A stretch of 32,093 nt of DNA, taken from positions 1 through 32,093 of the forward strand of contig DASQHK010000318.1 in assembly GCA_035632135.1 (NCBI GenBank). The letters are read 5' to 3'. The first letter of the stretch is position 1. Each line of letters begins with the position of its first letter. Below the pieces are notes generated by a model. That model had not been told where the DNA came from. It did no database searches and saw only the letters and a list, made by a program, of their open reading frames with translations. The DNA comes from Bryobacterales bacterium (GTDB lineage Bacteria; Acidobacteriota; Terriglobia; Bryobacterales; JACQDG01). Below are positions 13,913 through 21,919 of the stretch, in pieces. The translations under genes and the position numbers were made by a program.

Positions 13913-14173
13913 ATGTCCGAGGCGGACCACAGTCTGGGGCGGTTTCACGATCTGCCGCTCGAGCTGAGCGTGGAGCTGGACCGCCGGCCGATGAAGATCC
14001 GGGAGATCCTCAGCTTGCAGGCGGGCTCGATCGTGAAGATGAATCGCTCGGCGGGAGACAACATGAGCCTGCTGCTGCAGGGGGTGGTGGTGGGCTACGG
14101 CGAGATCGTGGTCATAGAAGACACCATCGGGATCCGCATCACCGACATCCTGCTGGAGGCCAAGGGGGCGTGA
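13913..14173 (+). CDS. fliN: flagellar motor switch protein FliN (short, SpoA domain only)
   Basis: 86 aa. LPLELSVELDRRPMKIREILSLQAGSIVKMNRSAGDNMSLLLQGVVVGYGEIVVIEDTIGIRITDI is a complete SpoA/FliN C-terminal domain. It lies directly upstream of fliOPQR. Confidence 0.85.
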   Translation: MSEADHSLGRFHDLPLELSVELDRRPMKIREILSLQAGSIVKMNRSAGDNMSLLLQGVVVGYGEIVVIEDTIGIRITDILLEAKGA

Positions 14174-14177
14174 CATC

Positions 14178-14531
14178 GTGCTGACGTCGCTGCTGTCGCT
14201 GGGGCTGGTGCTGGGGACGTTGGTGGCGCTGTTGTGGTGGGTGCGCCGGATGGCGGGCCGCGGCGGGGCGATGGCCGGAGCCGGATCCGCGGCAGGGCGG
14301 CATCTGCGCGTGATCGAGACGGTGGATCTGGCGCCGGGCCGCTCGCTGCACCTGATCGAGCTTGGCGGCCGCGGCCTGGTGGTGGCTTCGACCCCCCAGA
14401 GCTGCGAGCTGATTTGCGAGCTGGAAGCGGTTCCCATCGAGCAGCCCGCGGTCGAAGACGAGCCTTCCTGGCTGGGCAAACTGATGGGACGGCCGGGCAG
14501 CCTGCTGGCGAAGGGCATGAGAAGAACATGA
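14178..14531 (+). CDS. fliO: flagellar biosynthesis protein FliO
   Basis: 117 aa, GTG start. It has a single N-terminal TM helix (LTSLLSLGLVLGTLVALLWWV) followed by LRVIETVDLAPGRSLHLIELGGRGLVVAST, which fits the FliO pattern. It sits immediately before fliP with an ATGA overlap. Confidence 0.7.
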   Translation: MLTSLLSLGLVLGTLVALLWWVRRMAGRGGAMAGAGSAAGRHLRVIETVDLAPGRSLHLIELGGRGLVVASTPQSCELICELEAVPIEQPAVEDEPSWLGKLMGRPGSLLAKGMRRT

Positions 14532-15256
14532 GCCGCGTGTGCATGGCCCTGCTGCTGCTGTGGCCGGCGAGGCTGGGGGCGCAGCAGGGACTGGGCCCGC
14601 TGCTGCGCCTGGCCGACAAACCGGCGCCGGGCGAGTGGTCGATTCCGCTGCAGATCCTGCTGTGGATGACGCTGCTGGTGCTGCTGCCGGCGGCCATCGT
14701 TTCGCTCACGCCGTTTCTGCGGCTGCTGGTGGTGCTGCACTTTCTGCGCCAGGCGCTGGGCACGCAGTCGACGCCCAGCAATCACGTGCTGATCGGCCTG
14801 TCGCTGTTTCTGAGCATGGTCCTGATGCAGCCCACCGGAGAGCGCATCTACCAGCAGTCGCTCGCGCCGCTCGACCGCGGTGAGATCAACCTGGAGCAGG
14901 CGCTCGAGCGCGCCGCGGGCCCGGTGAAGGCCTTTCTGGCGAAGTACGTTCGGGAAAAGGACGTGGCGCTGTTCATCGACATCACGCACTCGCCGCGCCC
15001 GCACAATCTGAACGATCTGGATCTGCGGATCCTGATGCCGGCCTACGTGCTTTCGGAGCTGAAGATCGGCTTTCAGATCGGGGCGGTGCTGTTTCTGCCG
15101 TTCATGATCATCGATCTGCTGGTGGCCTCCATCACGCTGTCGCTCGGCATGCTGCAACTGCCGCCCATCATGATCTCGGCGCCGTTCAAGATTCTGCTGT
15201 TCGTGCTGGTGGACGGCTGGAACCTGGTGGTGGGATCGCTGATGAAGAGTTTTTGA
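14528..15256 (+). CDS. fliP: flagellar export apparatus protein FliP
   Basis: The ORF-track ORF starts at 14234, but the FliP sequence begins at ATG 14528 (MSRVCMALLLLWPARLGAQ signal). Conserved blocks are TPFLRLLVVLHFLRQALGTQSTPSN and MPAYVLSELKIGFQIGAVLFLPFMIIDLLVASITLSLGM. Length 242 aa. Confidence 0.95.
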   Translation: MSRVCMALLLLWPARLGAQQGLGPLLRLADKPAPGEWSIPLQILLWMTLLVLLPAAIVSLTPFLRLLVVLHFLRQALGTQSTPSNHVLIGLSLFLSMVLMQPTGERIYQQSLAPLDRGEINLEQALERAAGPVKAFLAKYVREKDVALFIDITHSPRPHNLNDLDLRILMPAYVLSELKIGFQIGAVLFLPFMIIDLLVASITLSLGMLQLPPIMISAPFKILLFVLVDGWNLVVGSLMKSF

Positions 15257-15270
15257 GAGCGGAAATTGGC

Positions 15271-15293
15271 CACAGAGACACAGAGGCACAGAG
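15271..15293 (+). repeat. CACAGAG octamer-period tandem repeat x3 in the fliP-fliQ spacer
   Basis: CACAGAGa CACAGAGg CACAGAGa at 15271, 15279 and 15287. The 95-nt spacer is relatively AT-rich and lies inside the otherwise tightly packed fliOPQR unit. Confidence 0.9.
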
Positions 15294-15351
15294 AACGGCG
15301 GGAAATAATCTGGTTTTGCTCGGTGGCCCTGTGGCTATTGGGAGGCTAGTC

Positions 15352-15621
15352 GTGAACGCTGACCAAGCGGTGGAAATCGCCCGGCAGGCGCTGATGACGT
15401 CGTTTGTCGTGGGTCTGCCCATTCTGGCCCTGGGTTTTGCGGTCGGGGTGGTAGTGAGCATCGTGCAGATCCTGACGTCCATGCAGGACCCCGCCTTCAA
15501 CACGATTCCGCGCCTGGGGGCGTTCCTGCTGGGGATTCTGGCGCTGCTGCCGTGGATGACGGAGCGGATGGTGATCTACACCGTGACCCTGTTCTCGAGC
15601 CTGGGGCGGTTCGCGCGCTAG
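15352..15621 (+). CDS. fliQ: flagellar export apparatus protein FliQ
   Basis: 89 aa from GTG 15352, with SD GGGAGG at 15340-15345 (6-nt spacer). (V)NADQAVEIARQALMTSFVVGLPILALGFAVGVVVSIVQILTSMQDPAFNTIPRL fits FliQ in both length and pattern. The ORF-track start at 15253 would add an atypical 33-aa extension. Confidence 0.9.
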   Translation: MNADQAVEIARQALMTSFVVGLPILALGFAVGVVVSIVQILTSMQDPAFNTIPRLGAFLLGILALLPWMTERMVIYTVTLFSSLGRFAR

Positions 15622-15646
15622 CCTGCTTCCGGCGCCCGGGTTCCCT

Positions 15647-16420
15647 ATGCTGATTGTCAGCCCCCAGTTGCTGTTCGCTTTCCTGCTGGTGCTGGCGCGG
15701 GTGGCCGGGGTGATCGCGTTTTTGCCCCTGCCGGGCTCGAGCCTGTTTCCGGGCAACGTGAAGGTAGTGCTGGCGCTGCTGCTGACGCTGATTCTTCTGC
15801 CGGTAGCGGCGACGCGGGGCCTGGCGACGGCCGGCTTCTGGACGATCGTGTTGTGGATGGCGCGCGAGGCGGGCTTCGGGGTCTCCATCGGGCTGGCCTT
15901 CGACTTGTTGGGCGAGATGCTCGGCTTTGCCGCGCAGATGCTGGGCTTTCAGGCCGGCTACTCCTACATCAACACGGTCGATCCCACCAGCCAGGTGGAC
16001 GCCACGATTCTGAACGTTGTGCTGACGCTGCTCGGAGGCCTGCTGTTTTTCGCTTTCGATCTGCATCTCGAGCTGATCCGGGTGCTGGCGCGGAGTCTGG
16101 AGACGATGCCGGTCGGAGAGCCGGCGGCGGCGGCCAACGCCTGGCTTCCGGCGCTGGGGATGACGCGCCTGGGAGGGGCCATGCTCGACACGGCGGTGCG
16201 CCTGGCGCTGCCGGTGGTAGCCGTGCTGCTGCTGCTCGACCTGGCGCTGGCCCTGCTGAGTTACGTCAACGCCCGGATGCAACTGCTGAGCCTCTCGTTT
16301 CCGATCAAGATGCTGATCACCATGCTCAGTCTGACGGCGATTGTGGGGCTGGCCCCCCATCTGTACCAGGAGCTGGCGCGGCGGGCCATCGAGGTGAGCT
16401 ATACGCTGATCCGCCGCTAG
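15647..16420 (+). CDS. fliR: flagellar export apparatus protein FliR
   Basis: 257-aa polytopic membrane protein. The N-terminus LLFAFLLVLARVAGVIAFLPLPG matches the FliR pattern, and it lies between fliQ and flhB. Confidence 0.9.
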   Translation: MLIVSPQLLFAFLLVLARVAGVIAFLPLPGSSLFPGNVKVVLALLLTLILLPVAATRGLATAGFWTIVLWMAREAGFGVSIGLAFDLLGEMLGFAAQMLGFQAGYSYINTVDPTSQVDATILNVVLTLLGGLLFFAFDLHLELIRVLARSLETMPVGEPAAAANAWLPALGMTRLGGAMLDTAVRLALPVVAVLLLLDLALALLSYVNARMQLLSLSFPIKMLITMLSLTAIVGLAPHLYQELARRAIEVSYTLIRR

Positions 16421-16441
16421 CGGCCGGCCCGCTGTTGCGCC

Positions 16442-17497
16442 ATGTCCGATCTTTCCCAACGAACCGAGCAACCGACGCCGCGGCGCTTGCAAGAAGCCCG
16501 GCGGGAAGGGCAGATCCCGCTCAGCCGCGACCTGACGCAGGCGGTGCAGTTTGCCATCGCGGTGGCGGCGCTCGGCTGGGCGGCCGGCCCTCTGATGGAC
16601 GGCTTAAAGCAGTCCCAAAGCGGCCTGTTGCGGGAAGCGTTCCGGGACGGCCTGGAGGCGGGCCGCGTGGTGGGGATGATCACCGGGCTGGTGCGGGGGC
16701 CGCTGGCGGTCGTGGGGTGGCTGGGGCTTCTCCTGGTGGGCGCTTCGCTGGTTATGCATTTCCTGCAAACCGGCTTTGCTATCACGCCGAAGCGGTTGCA
16801 GTTTGATTTTTCGCGGCTCAGCCCGCTGGGGCGGCTGCGGGATCTGCCCGCTGAGAACGTGCGCGAGACGGGGAAGGCCCTGTTGCTGTTCCCGCTGTTC
16901 GGCTGGGCCTGTTGGGCGGTGGTGCGGCAAAACCTGGACGTGTTTCTGCAACTGCCGCGGCAGCCGCTGGGGGCGGCCACCGTGCTGGTAGGGTCGTCGC
17001 TCGAGAACCTGCTGGGCAAGGCGGCCCTGGCCCTGGTGGCGCTGGGGGCGTGGGACTACTTCCGGCAGCGGCAAAGCCTGCTGCGCAAGCTGCGGATGAC
17101 CAAGCAGGAGGTGCGGCAGGAGCAGAAGGATCTGGAGGGCAACCCGCTGATCAAGGCCCGCTTCCGGCGGCTGCAGCGGGAGCTGGTACGGCGGCGGATG
17201 ATGAGCCGGGTGCCTAAATCGACGGTGGTCATCACCAACCCGACGCACTACGCCGTGGCGCTCGAGTATCACCTGGAGACGATGCGGGCGCCGGTGGTAA
17301 CCGCCAAGGGGCAGAACTACATGGCGCAGCGCATCCGGCGGGTGGCGGAGTCGAGCGGCATCCCGATCGTGGAGAACCCGCCGCTCGCCCAGGCGCTTTA
17401 CAAGAGCTGCGAGGTGGGAAGCGAGATTCCGGTGGCACTTTATCGCGCGGTGGCTGAAATTTTGGCGTACATCTTCCGATTAACCAAAAGGAACTAA
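16442..17497 (+). CDS. flhB: flagellar export switch protein FlhB
   Basis: 351 aa. The N-terminus is SQRTEQPTPRRLQEARREGQIPLSRDL. The autocleavage site is VVITNPTHYAVAL (NPTH). KQEVRQEQKDLEGNPLIKARFRRLQRE is also conserved. Confidence 0.95.
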   Translation: MSDLSQRTEQPTPRRLQEARREGQIPLSRDLTQAVQFAIAVAALGWAAGPLMDGLKQSQSGLLREAFRDGLEAGRVVGMITGLVRGPLAVVGWLGLLLVGASLVMHFLQTGFAITPKRLQFDFSRLSPLGRLRDLPAENVRETGKALLLFPLFGWACWAVVRQNLDVFLQLPRQPLGAATVLVGSSLENLLGKAALALVALGAWDYFRQRQSLLRKLRMTKQEVRQEQKDLEGNPLIKARFRRLQRELVRRRMMSRVPKSTVVITNPTHYAVALEYHLETMRAPVVTAKGQNYMAQRIRRVAESSGIPIVENPPLAQALYKSCEVGSEIPVALYRAVAEILAYIFRLTKRN

Positions 17498-17562
17498 AGG
17501 CGCCGTGTCGGCGGCCGGCCCCGGGAGCGGCCGGAGGGGAGACGGAGAGGTCACATTCGACG

Positions 17563-19608
17563 ATGGAAGCGGTAATCGATCCACGAACCGCGCGCAACCT
17601 GAACATGGCCGTCCCGCTGGCCGTGGTGGCGGTGGTGTTGATCATGATTCTGCCCATCCCGCCGGCCCTTCTGGATTTGCTGATCTCGGCCAACATCACG
17701 CTGTCGGTGATCACGCTGATCGTGACGATGTACATCACGCGGCCGGTGCAATTCAGCGTCTATCCCTCGCTGCTGCTGCTGCTGACGCTGTTCCGGCTGG
17801 CGCTGAACATCACCTCGACGCGGCTGATCCTGCTCAACGGCAACACCGGCACGGGGGCGGCGGGGCGGGTGATCGAGTCGTTCGGGCAGTTCGTGGTGGG
17901 CGGCAACTACCTGATCGGGGTGGTGATCTTCATCCTGCTGATCGCCATTCAGTACGTGGTGATCAACCACGGCGCGGTGCGCATCTCGGAGGTGACGGCG
18001 CGCTTCACCCTGGACGCCATGCCGGGCAAGCAGATGTCGATCGATTCGGACTTGAACGCCGGGCTGATCGACGAGAGCGAGGCGCGCACCAGGCGGCAGG
18101 ACATCGCCCGGGAGGCGGAGTTTTACGGCGCCATGGACGGCGCGGTGCGGTTCACCCAGCGCGACGCCATCGCCAGCATCATCATCACCACCGTGAACAT
18201 CGTGGCCGGTTTTCTGATCGGGGTGCTCCAGCACGGCATGGCGCTCGAGCGGGCCATCCAGACCTACACGGTATTAACAGTGGGCGACGGACTGGTGACG
18301 GTGGTGCCGGCGCTGCTGATCTCGGTTTCGGGCGGGCTGATCACCACGCGCGCGGCGGCCGATTCGCGTCTGGGAACGGATTTCTCGCGGCAACTGTTCT
18401 TCCAGCCCGAGCCGCTGCTGATCTGCTCGGCGGTGCTGCTGGTGATGGCGGCGGTGCCGGGGCTGCCGGGGGTGCCGTTCCTGCTGCTGGGGCTGAGCGC
18501 TGGCGGCGTGGGGTGGAACATGCGCCGCAAGATCGCCCTGGAGGCCACGGCGCCCTCCAAGCCGGCCCCGGCGGCGGAGCGAGAAAACCTGGAGGGCCTG
18601 CTGCGGGTCGATCCGGTGGCCATCGAGGTGGGTCTGGGCCTGGTGAAGCTGGTGGATACGGCGCAGGGCGGAACGCTGCTCAAGCGCATCGCCGCCGTGC
18701 GGCGGCAGCTCGCCACCGAGCTGGGCTTCCTGATGCCGCCGGTGCGGGTGACCGACAATTTGACGCTCAAGGCCCGCGAATATGTGGTGCTGCTGAAGGG
18801 CGCCGAGATCGCCCGTTTCGAAATGCGCCCCAACTGCGACCTGGCGATCAATCCGGGGACGGCCAAGGCGAAACTGGAAGGCGTGGAGTGCCGCGAGCCG
18901 GCCTTCGGCATTCCGGCCGTGTGGATTGAGGCTTCCCAGGCCGAGCGCGCCCGCACGCTGGGCTACACGGTGGTCGATCCGCCCAACATTCTGGCCACGC
19001 ATCTCACCGAGCTGATCCGCGCCTACGCTTACGAGTTGTTTAACCGGCAAGAGGCGAAAAAGCTGGTGGACCGGGTGGCGGCGGAGAATCCGCGGCTGGT
19101 CGAAGACCTGGTGCCGAAGGCGGCGCCGCTTTCGCTGGTGCAGCGGGTGATGCAGGCCTTGCTGCGGGAGCGGGTTTCGATCCGCGACGGGGTGAGCATT
19201 CTCGAAGCCGTCGGAGAGGCGGCCGGCCTCACCAAGAACCCTATTCTGCTGGTGGAATACGTCCGCCAGTCGATTGCCCGGACGGTGGTGAAGCCGTACC
19301 TGAACGACGCCGGAGAGCTGGCGGCCTTTTTCGTCGATCCGGGAATCGAAGACACGGTGCGGGCGTCGATCGAGCACACTGAAGTTTCCACGCGGCTGAA
19401 TCTGGCGCCGGCCGCCATTCGCGAGATTCTCGAAAAGTTCAAGAAGTGCCTGGGCGGCCTGCAGGGGCCGGGCGCGGTAATCTCGAGCGCCGAGGTGCGC
19501 TTCGCGCTGCGGCAGATCGCGGAGAGTGCGCTGCCCCAGGTCGTGTTTCTCTCGCATGCCGAGATTCCCGCCACGGTTCGGGTGATTTCGCTGGGGATGA
19601 TCCAATGA
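17563..19608 (+). CDS. flhA: flagellar export gate protein FlhA
   Basis: 681 aa. Conserved blocks are FGQFVVGGNYLIGVVIFILLIAIQYVVINHGAVRISEVTARFTLDAMPGKQMSIDSDLNAGLI and FYGAMDGAVRFTQRDAIA. The C-terminal cytoplasmic domain is present. Confidence 0.95.
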   Translation: MEAVIDPRTARNLNMAVPLAVVAVVLIMILPIPPALLDLLISANITLSVITLIVTMYITRPVQFSVYPSLLLLLTLFRLALNITSTRLILLNGNTGTGAAGRVIESFGQFVVGGNYLIGVVIFILLIAIQYVVINHGAVRISEVTARFTLDAMPGKQMSIDSDLNAGLIDESEARTRRQDIAREAEFYGAMDGAVRFTQRDAIASIIITTVNIVAGFLIGVLQHGMALERAIQTYTVLTVGDGLVTVVPALLISVSGGLITTRAAADSRLGTDFSRQLFFQPEPLLICSAVLLVMAAVPGLPGVPFLLLGLSAGGVGWNMRRKIALEATAPSKPAPAAERENLEGLLRVDPVAIEVGLGLVKLVDTAQGGTLLKRIAAVRRQLATELGFLMPPVRVTDNLTLKAREYVVLLKGAEIARFEMRPNCDLAINPGTAKAKLEGVECREPAFGIPAVWIEASQAERARTLGYTVVDPPNILATHLTELIRAYAYELFNRQEAKKLVDRVAAENPRLVEDLVPKAAPLSLVQRVMQALLRERVSIRDGVSILEAVGEAAGLTKNPILLVEYVRQSIARTVVKPYLNDAGELAAFFVDPGIEDTVRASIEHTEVSTRLNLAPAAIREILEKFKKCLGGLQGPGAVISSAEVRFALRQIAESALPQVVFLSHAEIPATVRVISLGMIQ

Positions 19609-21002
19609 ACATCAAGGCTTACTATTCCGACAGCGTGGAATCGGCGATCCGGCAGGCGCGGGTGGAGCTGGGCGACGACGCCATACTGCTCGATTCGAAG
19701 AAGAGCGGGCCCTCGGAGCGCCACCTGGGCCTGTACGAAGTCCGTTTCGTGCTCAGCGACGCGGGAACCGGGGAGCCGGCCACTGGGGGCGCGCCGCACG
19801 GTGGCCGCCTCCGTGAGCGGCGGCTGAGCCAGCCGCCGAGCGAGGTCGAGCGGGTCTTCCGGCGGGCGGTCTGGGCGGGCCCGGTGCGGCCGGCGCCGGT
19901 GCGCGCGCCGGGCCCGGCGCTGGCCGGCCGGGAGCAGGCGCCGGCAGCCTCCCACGCTGCCCATGCGCAGCCCCTGGAACGAGGCGAGCTTCCGGCGGCG
20001 TCTTCATCAGCGTCTGCGGCTCCGGCGGGCGGCGGCTTTTCTCCCACGGCCGCCCCTGGCGGCCTCGGGGAGCTGTCACGGGGGATCGAGGAGATCCGCC
20101 GGATGCTCTACAGCCACACCCAGACCTGCTACCTCCCGGCGGGCGAGCTGCTGGCGCAGCCGCTGCTGGCTCGTCTCTATCAGGAGCTGGCGGCGAATGA
20201 GGTTAGCCCGGAGCTGGCGGCGCAACTGGTCGCCGGGCTCACTCCGGCGGCGGAGCACGGAGCGAGCCGGGCGGACCTCGAGCGGGACCTGCTTGAAAAA
20301 CTCGCGGCGCTCGTTCCGGTCGAGCCGGAGGTGGGAACGAGCCATCGAGGGGCGCCACAGATCGTGGCGCTGGTGGGGCCGACCGGCGCCGGCAAGACCA
20401 CCACTCTTGCCAAGCTCGCCGTGCGCATGGGCCTCGAAAGAAGCCGCCAGGTTCACCTGCTCTCGGCTGACAACCAGCGCGTGGGCGCGCTCCACCAGAT
20501 CGAGACGTACGCCGAGATCTTCGGCGTGGGATGCACGGCGCTCGATGGGGGAGCGGAGCTGGGCGCCGTTCTCGACGAGCTTTGCCGCGGCTCCACCAAG
20601 ACGCCCCGCGCCGGGCCGGCCGCTCACGGGGCACCCGATTTGGTTCTGATCGACACCCCGGGTTACGGCGGCGGCGAGCTGGCCGGCGCGGCCGGCCTGG
20701 CCGGGTTCCTGCGCGCGAGCGAGGGAATCGACACGCACTTGGTGCTGAGCGCCTCGACCAAGCCCAGGGACCTGCGCCGCTCGATCGAGGAGTACAGCGT
20801 GTTTGGTCCGCGCAAACTGCTGTTCACCAAGCTCGATGAAACGCAGACCTTCGGCCCGCTGCTCCAGGAGGCGGTGCGGACCGGCTGGCCGCTGTCGTTC
20901 CTCGGCGTGGGGCAGCGGATTCCGGAGGATCTCGTGGCGGCCGGCAAGGCGGCGGTGGCGAAGCTGGTCTGGACCGGGAAGCTGCCGGCGGGTGGTCTCT
21001 AA
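19605..21002 (+). CDS. flhF: flagellar biosynthesis SRP-type GTPase FlhF
   Basis: The start MNIKAYYSDSVESAIRQARVELGDDAILL is at ATG 19605 and overlaps the flhA stop (ATGA). GTPase motifs are IVALVGPTGAGKTTTLAKLA, LIDTPG and FTKLDET. Length 465 aa. The ORF-track start at 19446 lies inside flhA. Confidence 0.9.
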   Translation: MNIKAYYSDSVESAIRQARVELGDDAILLDSKKSGPSERHLGLYEVRFVLSDAGTGEPATGGAPHGGRLRERRLSQPPSEVERVFRRAVWAGPVRPAPVRAPGPALAGREQAPAASHAAHAQPLERGELPAASSSASAAPAGGGFSPTAAPGGLGELSRGIEEIRRMLYSHTQTCYLPAGELLAQPLLARLYQELAANEVSPELAAQLVAGLTPAAEHGASRADLERDLLEKLAALVPVEPEVGTSHRGAPQIVALVGPTGAGKTTTLAKLAVRMGLERSRQVHLLSADNQRVGALHQIETYAEIFGVGCTALDGGAELGAVLDELCRGSTKTPRAGPAAHGAPDLVLIDTPGYGGGELAGAAGLAGFLRASEGIDTHLVLSASTKPRDLRRSIEEYSVFGPRKLLFTKLDETQTFGPLLQEAVRTGWPLSFLGVGQRIPEDLVAAGKAAVAKLVWTGKLPAGGL

Positions 21003-21014
21003 AGGAATCGCGGA

Positions 21015-21809
21015 ATGAAGGCAACGCACCCCATCCTATCTTCGTTGCCGAGCGCGACCGACGCCGCTGCGGAGCGCGAGCGGCTGATCCTGGAGCAGTT
21101 GCCGCAGGTAAAGCTGATCGCCTCCCGCATCCATCAGAGGCTGCCGCAAAGTGTGGGCCTGGAAGACCTCATCAGCGCCGGCATCATCGGCCTGATCATG
21201 GCCATCGATAATTTCAATCCGGGGCTGAACGTCAAGCTGAAGACCTATGCCGAGTACAAGATCCGCGGCGCGATCCTGGACAGCCTGCGGGACCTGGATT
21301 GGGCGCCGCGCAACAAGCGACGCAAGGCGAAGCTGATCGAGGCGGCCATCCTGATGGCGGAGAAGAAGCAGAGCCGCACGCCGAGCGAGGAAGAGATCGC
21401 CGCCGAGCTGGGCGTCTCGCTCGAGGAATATCACGAGTGGCTGGTGGAGGTGCGGGCGGTGAACCTGGCGCGCCTGGAGCACGCCGGCTCCTCCGACGGC
21501 GAGAGCGTGGACGCGCTGCGCTTCCTCTCCGACGACGAGGAGCAGTGGCCGTCGAACATCCTGGAGCGGGCGGAGCTGGAGAAGCTGATCTCGACGGCCC
21601 TGGACCGCATGCCGCGCGTGGAGCGCACCATCCTCACTCTGTACTACTACGAGGAGCTGATGCTCCGGCAGATCGCCGAGGTCTTGAAGATGCACGAGAC
21701 GCGCGTCTCGCAACTGAAATCACAGGCCATTCTGCGGCTGCGCACGTATCTGCGCGCGCGCTGGCCGCGGGAAGGCAGCAGGCAGTCGGTAGCTGAGAGC
21801 AAGCGGTAG
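21015..21809 (+). CDS. fliA: flagellar sigma factor FliA (sigma-28, sigma-70 family group 3)
   Basis: 264 aa. Region 2 is DLISAGIIGLIMAIDNFNPGLNVKLKTYAEYKIRGAILDSLR. Region 4 is ILTLYYYEELMLRQIAEVLKMHETRVSQLKSQAILRLR. It starts 12 nt after the flhF stop. Confidence 0.9.
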   Translation: MKATHPILSSLPSATDAAAERERLILEQLPQVKLIASRIHQRLPQSVGLEDLISAGIIGLIMAIDNFNPGLNVKLKTYAEYKIRGAILDSLRDLDWAPRNKRRKAKLIEAAILMAEKKQSRTPSEEEIAAELGVSLEEYHEWLVEVRAVNLARLEHAGSSDGESVDALRFLSDDEEQWPSNILERAELEKLISTALDRMPRVERTILTLYYYEELMLRQIAEVLKMHETRVSQLKSQAILRLRTYLRARWPREGSRQSVAESKR

Positions 21810-21876
21810 AGAGATGACCAGACCCAGCGATTATCGACCGCAAAACGTTACGGCCTGTGGCCTGCGGGGGGCGGGC

Positions 21877-21919
21877 GGCTGGTTCCGATCTGGCTGGTTC
21901 CAAGATAGCTGGTTCCAAC
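21877..21919 (+). repeat. 15-nt tandem repeat x3 (GCTGGTTCC core) abutting the fliM start codon
   Basis: GGCTGGTTCCGATCT GGCTGGTTCCAAGAT AGCTGGTTCCAAC ATG. The core copies are at 21878, 21893 and 21908. The core is the reverse complement of the GGAACCAG unit in the flgE leader. Confidence 0.9.

Noticed and set aside
13811-15289. 492-aa minus-strand ORF
   Set aside because: It is antisense to fliN-fliO-fliP. The translation is Gln/Arg/His-rich nonsense, and the sense strand carries strongly conserved FliP motifs.
21822-21848. TAGA-N15-AGCGATTA as a FliA promoter for fliM
   Set aside because: It matches only 3/4 and 5/8 of the consensus, which is indistinguishable from background by eye.
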